This document shows, piece after piece, positions 29,718 through 36,366 of a stretch of DNA of 64,000 nt (the first letter of the stretch is position 1; each line of letters begins with the position of its first letter). The DNA comes from Phycisphaerae bacterium (GTDB taxonomy: Bacteria > Planctomycetota > Phycisphaerae > UBA1845 > Fen-1342), in NCBI GenBank assembly GCA_963675745.2, contig CAXXWX010000015.1, positions 192,001 to 256,000 on the forward strand, written 5' to 3'. Under the pieces are notes generated by a model. It was given only the letters and a program-made list of their open reading frames with translations. It was not told where the DNA came from and did no database searches. The position numbers were made by a program, and so were the translations under genes.

Positions 29718-30992
29718 ATGCGAGCAAGCCAGCAGAGCGGTCTGGCCGGGCCGCTGGCCAACCCGACCGTGCGGCTGGCACTTCAGGCGCTGATGCTGTT
29801 CTTCATCCAGCGTTACCTCTATGTGCGTCTGCCTTTGCTCACAGTGGCAATCACCGTTTTTGCGGGGTTGGTCGCCGTAACCGCTTACCTGCTGCGGTAT
29901 CGGCGGGCCCCGCTCGTGAAGTGCTATCGCCACACAGCTTGCCGCTGGTTCATCGATCTCGTCTGTCGCTGGACGCGCGAGCAACCGCCGCTGACTGAGC
30001 CCTGCGCTGACTCCGACAACTCACCATCCCCGACAGTGCCGCCGCCGTGTCCGCCACAAACGCCGGCCAAGCCCGGCGCGCGCCCCAGCTCGACAACCGA
30101 GTTGCTGGCGACCGACGGCCTCGATTTCGAGTTGTTGCGCGATAACCTCGCGGACGTCGTTCGCGGATTCGACAATAACATCGGTACGGCCGTGGGGCGC
30201 ATACGACAGAATATGCGGCTGCGGACGGATCGCACCAACCAGGTCGCCGACGCGCCGCTGGGGGTGTTCCTGATCGTCGGTCCGGAGGGTGTCGGCAAGC
30301 GGCATTTTGCGCAGCAGCTCGCGCGCGGCCTTTACCGCTCAGCCGGCATCACCAGCATCGACCTGCGCCGTACCGCGGACGCCGCGGACAGCGTCGATAG
30401 CGTGCTCGGTTTCGACGATCGCAGCGATGGGACGCTCATTCGCGCCGTGCGCACACAGCCGTGCCAGGTGCTGCTGCTCGAGCACGTTGATTGCGCGAGT
30501 CCGGAGCTGCTCAATCGTCTGCGCGGCGTCTTGCTCAACGGGTTCCTGCGCGACGAGCGAAACGGGCACACCATCGCGTTCTCGAATTGTGTGATCGTGT
30601 TGACGACCACGCTTGGCACTGAGGCGTTGGCGCGTCTCGAGGTCGATGACGCCGAGGGCTCTGGCGCCCACCGGCAAACCGCTGATGTCCTGGCCGCGGC
30701 CACGCGTTTGCCAAAGCCGTTCCTGGCTCAGGTCCACGACATTTTGTCGCTACAGCCCCCGCCTCCGCCGCAAATGGCAGAGGTCGTGGCGCTCGTAATG
30801 GAGCAGGAGTGCGATCGCCATCGGCTGCTGCTGCGTTATGTCGCCGCCACCATCATTGCCGACGAGGTGCTCGCACTGGATCGAGAGCATGGCTATGCGC
30901 CGCTGCGGGCGCGCGTGCGCCGACGCCTGCGCGACCCGATTGACCGCGCCCGCCAGGCCGGCGCTGCACATTTGACCCTGCTTGATACGTGA
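29718..30992 (+). CDS. Membrane-anchored ClpA/B-NBD2-like AAA+ protein with degenerate catalytic motifs
   Basis: Two N-terminal TMs; Pro linker; PLGVFLIVGPEGVGKR; VLLLEHVD; FSNCVIVLTT; GYAPLRARV; GGAGG RBS before ATG 29718. Confidence 0.8.
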   Translation: MRASQQSGLAGPLANPTVRLALQALMLFFIQRYLYVRLPLLTVAITVFAGLVAVTAYLLRYRRAPLVKCYRHTACRWFIDLVCRWTREQPPLTEPCADSDNSPSPTVPPPCPPQTPAKPGARPSSTTELLATDGLDFELLRDNLADVVRGFDNNIGTAVGRIRQNMRLRTDRTNQVADAPLGVFLIVGPEGVGKRHFAQQLARGLYRSAGITSIDLRRTADAADSVDSVLGFDDRSDGTLIRAVRTQPCQVLLLEHVDCASPELLNRLRGVLLNGFLRDERNGHTIAFSNCVIVLTTTLGTEALARLEVDDAEGSGAHRQTADVLAAATRLPKPFLAQVHDILSLQPPPPPQMAEVVALVMEQECDRHRLLLRYVAATIIADEVLALDREHGYAPLRARVRRRLRDPIDRARQAGAAHLTLLDT

Positions 30993-31004
30993 GGAGACAC
31001 TCAC

Positions 31005-32006
31005 ATGGCCGAGGACATTCTCGCACGCCTGACCGACAAGCAAGTCCTGCTGCAACTGCTGGAGCAGGCTGACCGCGGCGCACGGCGAAAGATCATTGAA
31101 TCCGACATGTGCGCGCATCTCAGCGCGCGGGTCCGCGGACAGGATCACGTAAACGGTGATCTCGCTCGCCTGATCCGCCTGGAGTGGGGCAAGCAGAGGC
31201 GCACCAAGCCCATTGCCAACCTGCTGTTCCTCGGGCCGCCGGCCGTCGGCAAGACCGAGCTGGCCAAGGCCCTGGCCGAGTACCTGTTCGGCGACGAACG
31301 CAACATGCTGCGATTCAACGGCCCCGACTTCAGCGGGCCCGAGGGCAAAACCCGGCTGATCGGCACGCCGACCGGATATGTCGGCGCCGATGCCGGCGGA
31401 CAGTTGACCCGCCCGATGTTCGGCAACCGTCGCCGGCTGATTCTGTTTGACGAAATCGAGAAAGCCTACGACGGCGTTTATGACCTGTTTCTGCCGCTCC
31501 TGGGTGAAGGGCAACTCACCGAGCAGGGATCCGGACGCGTTGCCGACTACTCCGAATCGATCGTCGTGATGACCACTAACGCCGAGTTTGAGGCGATCGG
31601 CAAGATCACTGAGCAACACGAAGACGAAAACGAGTGCATGGCGGCGGTGAAGGCCCACCTGACGGCCGCCAAGGTCTTCCGGCCCGAGTTATTCAGCCGC
31701 ATCGACCGCGTTTATGTGTTCAAGCCGCTTGAGGGCGTGGTCGTCGCCGAGATCGCGGTCTTGAAGATGGTCGATCTGGCCGCCTCCTATGGCCTGACGC
31801 TTGAGTATGTCGAGCCCGACCTGGTTTTCGAGGCGCTGCAGAAGACGGCCAAGTTCGAACGCTACGACGCCCGCGAAGTCGAGCGCATGCTCGTGCCGAT
31901 GGTCGGCGAGGCGCTCCTGCTCGCACGCGAAGCCGGCGCCCGCCGTATCCGCCTCGAAGTGTCGGAAGACGGCGTTCTCGAAGTAAATCCCGCTCAGGCG
32001 GCCTGA
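31005..32006 (+). CDS. Stand-alone ClpA/B-NBD2-like AAA+ ATPase (333 aa)
   Basis: LFLGPPAVGKTELAKALA; pore loop PTGYVG; LILFDEIEKA; VVMTTN; FRPELFSRID; DAREVER; AGGAG RBS. Confidence 0.9.
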   Translation: MAEDILARLTDKQVLLQLLEQADRGARRKIIESDMCAHLSARVRGQDHVNGDLARLIRLEWGKQRRTKPIANLLFLGPPAVGKTELAKALAEYLFGDERNMLRFNGPDFSGPEGKTRLIGTPTGYVGADAGGQLTRPMFGNRRRLILFDEIEKAYDGVYDLFLPLLGEGQLTEQGSGRVADYSESIVVMTTNAEFEAIGKITEQHEDENECMAAVKAHLTAAKVFRPELFSRIDRVYVFKPLEGVVVAEIAVLKMVDLAASYGLTLEYVEPDLVFEALQKTAKFERYDAREVERMLVPMVGEALLLAREAGARRIRLEVSEDGVLEVNPAQAA

Positions 32007-32024
32007 CGAGGGAGCGGCCCCACG

Positions 32025-34007
32025 ATGCCCAGCCGCGTGGAAACAGACGAATTACGCAACGCACGCGCCGGATTCCGGCAGATCGTAATCACGTGTGCCG
32101 CCCTGGTGGTGGGTTGCCACGTGCTGGACTTCGCCGGCGTCTTCACGCGTGACATCCCCCCGCAACCGCTGCGGCGTTACTGCACGATCGCGTACTTCAC
32201 CGCCCTGATCGTGCTGTGCGTGATGATGATGCGGCCGCGCGCGCGGTACATGCAGCTTCTGTACGCCTGGCGTTACGAAGATTCGCCGCCGGCGATCGAG
32301 AAAACCTGGCGCGAGTTCCTGTTCGCGCTCGACCGGGCCGTGACACCGTGCGCCGTGGTCGGGATCGCCTTTCTCGCCACGACCGCGCTAAAGGTGTTGC
32401 TGGAGTGGCATCCGTCGCTGGTGGCGCTGCGCGGGATCTACGAGCCCGGCTGGTGGATTTCCGCCCTGGCCTTGCTGGCTATCCCGTTCTTTCTCGGCGA
32501 TCGCCTGAACGAGGCGCGCCAGCGACACCGGCTGCTGCGCGAACAGCTCGTTACCTCCACCTACAAACCGCGGGCGACGGCGGAAATCATGGTTGCCGGC
32601 GCCGGTGAACCGTCCACGCCGGTCGAAATCCGCGGGCCGCAACGCTTCTGGGCCGGCGGCCTCGAGTGGGGCTGGGATGATTTTTACAAGAGCTGCGTCG
32701 TGCTCGGGCAGCCAGGCAGCGGCAAGACTGTCTGTGTACTCAACGCGCTGCTCGACGGTCTGCTCGGGTCCGGTAGCCAGACACCGGGGCGTGAGTGCAG
32801 CGCGCTGATTCTCGACCCTAAAGGCGACTATCGGCACAAAATTGTCACGCTTTGCCGGCGGTACGGGCGTGAGCGCGACCTGCTGGTGATCACGCCGCGC
32901 GACCCGGCCCGCAGCATCCGCTGGAATCCGTTTGACTCGGCCGACTCGGATCTCGAGCTCGCCGAACGGCTGGCCGGCGCGATGGAAACACTGGGGATGA
33001 AGAGCAACGACACGTCGTTCTGGATCGACTCGGCCAAGAAGTTCATCCGCCACAGCGTGGGCCTCCAGCGTCTGTCCAACCCACGCGGCACACCGCCTGA
33101 CGTGACCGAGGCCTCGCGCCTGGCGGGGAGTTTTGCGGCGATCGCTGAACGTAGCGAGATCGTCGACGTCGCCGACCCCGCCTGCGAAGTCCCCCTTCAG
33201 TTCTTTGCCGAGGAGTGGACCCAATTGGCGCCCGAGCCGCGCACCAGCGTCCAGGCCCACATCTCGAACATGCTCGACCCTTTCCTGTCCGAGCCGTACC
33301 GAACGCTTTTCACCGGCCGCTCGACGATGCGCGTCGGGGAGATGCTCGATCGCGGCAAGATCCTCTACGTGGATATGCCGATCGCCGAATACCCGGCCAT
33401 GTCGCGTACGATCGGCACGCTTCTCAAGCTGGAGTATTTCAACGAGGTGCTGCGGCGGCTTGATAATCCGCGACCGAGCCTGTTCTTCTGCGACGAGTTC
33501 CAGGCGTTTTTCACGCACGGCAAGTCAAAGGGCGACGCGGATTTCTTTGATAAATCCCGGCAGAGCAATCATGCCAACATCATCGCGACACAGAACATCA
33601 GCGGCCTGCTCAAGCAGTGCCGCCGGCCCGAACACGCCGAGACGCTCCTGGGGCTGTGCCAGGTAAAAGTCTTCCTGCGCAACACGGATCACCGCACGAA
33701 CGACTATGCCTCGCGGCTGTTCGGCGAGTCGATCGAGCTGATCGGCGGGCTCAGCGGCCAGAGCGGCAACGGCGGCGTGGCCGGGCTGCGCGCCGCCGCC
33801 ATGGGACAGAACGCGCTGGGGCAATGGGGGCGCAATGCGCGGCCCGAGCGGTTCGCCGAGTTGGGAATACCGTCACGCGTTGAGAGCGTGTCGCACGCCG
33901 AAAGCCTGATCCACCTGGCGGCGCGACCCGAGATCTCTGCCCATCCGATGAAACGCCGGTGGAGAATCCACCCATTGGTGAACGGAACACGGACAGACGA
34001 GGACTGA
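32025..34007 (+). CDS. VirD4/TraD-like type IV coupling ATPase with about 4 N-terminal TM helices
   Basis: VLGQPGSGKT (Walker A); ILDPKGD; RWNPF; FFCDEFQ (Walker B); KSRQ..IIATQNIS; KVFLRNTD..TNDYASRLFGE. Confidence 0.85.
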   Translation: MPSRVETDELRNARAGFRQIVITCAALVVGCHVLDFAGVFTRDIPPQPLRRYCTIAYFTALIVLCVMMMRPRARYMQLLYAWRYEDSPPAIEKTWREFLFALDRAVTPCAVVGIAFLATTALKVLLEWHPSLVALRGIYEPGWWISALALLAIPFFLGDRLNEARQRHRLLREQLVTSTYKPRATAEIMVAGAGEPSTPVEIRGPQRFWAGGLEWGWDDFYKSCVVLGQPGSGKTVCVLNALLDGLLGSGSQTPGRECSALILDPKGDYRHKIVTLCRRYGRERDLLVITPRDPARSIRWNPFDSADSDLELAERLAGAMETLGMKSNDTSFWIDSAKKFIRHSVGLQRLSNPRGTPPDVTEASRLAGSFAAIAERSEIVDVADPACEVPLQFFAEEWTQLAPEPRTSVQAHISNMLDPFLSEPYRTLFTGRSTMRVGEMLDRGKILYVDMPIAEYPAMSRTIGTLLKLEYFNEVLRRLDNPRPSLFFCDEFQAFFTHGKSKGDADFFDKSRQSNHANIIATQNISGLLKQCRRPEHAETLLGLCQVKVFLRNTDHRTNDYASRLFGESIELIGGLSGQSGNGGVAGLRAAAMGQNALGQWGRNARPERFAELGIPSRVESVSHAESLIHLAARPEISAHPMKRRWRIHPLVNGTRTDED

Positions 34008-34044
34008 TTCGCTTGCCTGGTTTCGGTCGAACAAGGAGTCGCAC

Positions 34045-34161
34045 ATGCTGAAGCTCCTGTTTTTGTTGGTGCTGATGTTCTTTGTGGCCACCTTTGCGCT
34101 GGGCTGCTTCGCTGGCATCAAGGCGACGATCTATCAGATCTACTGGTGGATGCTGCCCTGA
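34045..34161 (+). CDS. 38-aa hydrophobic membrane peptide (not in the ORF track)
   Basis: AAGGAG RBS, then ATG 34045; MLKLLFLLVLMFFVATFALGCFAGIKATIYQIYWWMLP; TGA at 34159-34161. Confidence 0.7.
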   Translation: MLKLLFLLVLMFFVATFALGCFAGIKATIYQIYWWMLP

Positions 34162-34254
34162 CAAACATGGCATAAATCACCGCGCGTCGGCCGCGCCGCT
34201 TACGCCTCTCTGATTGTGGCAGGCCAGGTCACCGCATCCAAAGGAGAACGCGTC

Positions 34255-35214
34255 ATGTCGGATTCAAACACGCCAGGCCGCATTGGTCCCGACGCCCCCG
34301 ACTACGGCAGCCGCACCAACCCCGTCGGCAGCGGCGTGGATATCGGCCACGCACCGACGCGCGAATACCGTGAGGCGCTGCACGCCGGGCAGGCGGGTCA
34401 ATGGCCGAAAGACAAACCGAAGTTCGAGAACCTCAAGACGACGTTCGCCGGCGGACAGTGCGAGGCGCGCGTGTTTGGCCCGGGAGAACGCCTCTACAGG
34501 CTGACCGCGACCAACGGCAAGGCCGACCGTCAGTTCTGGGTCACAGAGCCGGAATACAACCGCGTGCGCGGGCACTGCGCCAGGCACGGCATCGCGCAGG
34601 AAGATGGCTTTCGTAATTCGTTGGCGCTCAAGGAGGGCTGGCAGGTCAACCTGGACCAGACGCACCGCCTCGACGTACCGCAGGACAAGTACGTGCTCGG
34701 GCACGTTGGCAAGACCGCGCACGTCACGGGTGGCTACGACCTGTACAACCATGACGACCCAGCCCGCGGCATCCGCGCCGGCGCGCGACGCAATCCGGTC
34801 CACAGCACGAGCTGGGGCGGCGGAGGCGAGCAGGTCCTCATCGCCGACGACATTCAGCTCACCGAATGGCAACGGCAGGGCCACATCAAGAGCACGCACA
34901 CACCCAGGCCACACACGCTTTCTCAGCGCATGGGGACTGCACCGACGCAGCAGCCGCAAGTCGCGAATCAACCCACGCCCCCTGCGTCCAAACCGAAGAC
35001 AACGAACTCGCGCTCGCCACAGTCGCGCCCGCGCAAGCACATCCCGCGCAAGGGTGCGCGATATGGAATTGACGTTCAAAAAGGCCGCGGCCGGCGCGTC
35101 GAGCAGCCGCGAGAAACCAGCCGGCTTCCGAAATCTCACGCGGCACGCGCCGAGAAATCCACAAACCCGACGAAACGTCAAACCAGCAAGCGGAAGCTGA
35201 CACCGAAGCTGTGA
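34255..35214 (+). CDS. Putative TNT/ADP-ribosyltransferase-fold toxin or effector with a long basic C-terminal tail
   Basis: AAGGAG RBS; motif order TFAGG..LYR..QFWVT..FRNSLAL..W..VP..G.TA..GGGGEQ resembles ART/TNT-like polymorphic toxin tips; K/R-rich low-complexity tail. The ORF is likely real; the function is inferred. Confidence 0.55.
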   Translation: MSDSNTPGRIGPDAPDYGSRTNPVGSGVDIGHAPTREYREALHAGQAGQWPKDKPKFENLKTTFAGGQCEARVFGPGERLYRLTATNGKADRQFWVTEPEYNRVRGHCARHGIAQEDGFRNSLALKEGWQVNLDQTHRLDVPQDKYVLGHVGKTAHVTGGYDLYNHDDPARGIRAGARRNPVHSTSWGGGGEQVLIADDIQLTEWQRQGHIKSTHTPRPHTLSQRMGTAPTQQPQVANQPTPPASKPKTTNSRSPQSRPRKHIPRKGARYGIDVQKGRGRRVEQPRETSRLPKSHAARAEKSTNPTKRQTSKRKLTPKL

Positions 35215-35224
35215 ACCTGTTTGG

Positions 35225-35620
35225 ATGGTCGCTATGAACGCCGACGAAGACAGAAGGGACGATCCGCCGCAACGCCGCAAGATACGCCTGGGCAGCTTCG
35301 CGCAGATCTCCGACGATTCCCGCGCACCAGCAGCGGACCTAGCAGCCCCCTCTGTGGGATCGGCCTCTGTGAGACCGGCCTCCGGCCAGTCAGACCCCAG
35401 CAGTGGAATAGACTCCAGCCTCTCCCTCAACCCGGCCGGCGATCAGGTCCCTCCCGCGCCCGACGCGGCCCCGCTGCTGAACCCGCCACTTCCGCCGATT
35501 CCAACCTCGTCACCCGAAGACCTGCGGCGGCGTCGCCGGTGGCAGGCCCAGATAAGCCGTGCCGCCACTGGCAACTATGCGGAGCAGGACGAGTACGGAG
35601 GTTTTCTGGTGGACGAGTGA
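35225..35620 (+). CDS. Hypothetical Pro/Ser/Asp-rich protein
   Basis: Starts 10 nt after the previous stop and fills the gap to the convergent ECF gene; C-terminus GNYAEQDEYGGFLVDE. Confidence 0.55.
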   Translation: MVAMNADEDRRDDPPQRRKIRLGSFAQISDDSRAPAADLAAPSVGSASVRPASGQSDPSSGIDSSLSLNPAGDQVPPAPDAAPLLNPPLPPIPTSSPEDLRRRRRWQAQISRAATGNYAEQDEYGGFLVDE

Positions 35621-35632
35621 CGGGGCCGCCGG

Positions 35633-36226
35633 CTAACTGTCGCGGCTGGCCGCGCGGCGCAAGCGGCGACGCAGCCATGTGCGCGCCATGTTCCACTCCC
35701 CGTCAACACGCCGTGGTGCGAGATCGAGGTCGTCGGCGATCTCCTGGATCGTCATCCCGAGGAAGAACTTGCGCTCGACGATCGCGAGCTGGCCCTCGTC
35801 GAGCTTGCCGAGCTGCTCCAGCGCTTCGTGCAGGTCAAGCACGTCCACAACCTGATCGCTGCGATCCGCCAGCAGAAAAGACGTCTTCAATTCACTCGGC
35901 TTCTTGCCGGCCCCGCGCTTCTTCGCGCTTTCGTGACGGGCCAGGTCGACAAGAATGCGCCGAATCTCGGCGGCGGCGGCACCAAAGAAGTGCTTGCGGT
36001 CACGCCACTGCGTGCTCGAAAGCCGTCGCATTCGATCGTAGAGCAGCCCGACGACACCGGTCGCCTCGAGATTGCGCTCGGGCGCCTCATGCCGCACAAG
36101 CCCGCGTGCGAGTATGCGCAGGCGGTCGTATACCAGGCTCCAGAAGCGTTCCTCGGCACCCGGTTCGCGCGCGATCGCCTTGTTGGCCCAGTGCGTGATG
36201 GATTCGTCGCCGGCGGGCTGATCCAC
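35633..36226 (-). CDS. ECF-type sigma-70 factor (TIGR02999-like), divergent paralog
   Basis: LVYDRLRILARGLVRHE; WRDRKHFFGAAAAEIRRILVDLAR; IVERKFFLGMTIQEIADDL; ARTWLRRRL. Confidence 0.88.
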   Translation of the reverse strand: MDQPAGDESITHWANKAIAREPGAEERFWSLVYDRLRILARGLVRHEAPERNLEATGVVGLLYDRMRRLSSTQWRDRKHFFGAAAAEIRRILVDLARHESAKKRGAGKKPSELKTSFLLADRSDQVVDVLDLHEALEQLGKLDEGQLAIVERKFFLGMTIQEIADDLDLAPRRVDGEWNMARTWLRRRLRRAASRDS

Positions 36227-36366
36227 GCTGAGTTCCCCTTAACGGGCGGCCTCGCAAGACAGGGGGCGTCCCGCCTGCAATCGCGAGACAGGAATACCGA
36301 CAGGCAGAGTATACCCGGACCGTCACATCCTGGCCCGGCCCGCAGAGATTGCTGACGGGGTGGCCT

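Noticed and set aside
31005..32006. Calling this gene clpB, or T6SS clpV
   Set aside because: Only NBD2 is present. It has its own RBS and stop, no N-domain or NBD1, and no tssB/C, hcp or vgrG lies in the window.
32025..34007. Conjugative element or ICE
   Set aside because: No relaxase, VirB4, integrase, oriT or att repeats were recognised in the window.
34264..36198. Long overlapping ORFs 34264-35430 (-) and 35221-36198 (+)
   Set aside because: They overlap better-supported genes, have Arg/Ala/Pro-rich shadow composition and show no motifs.
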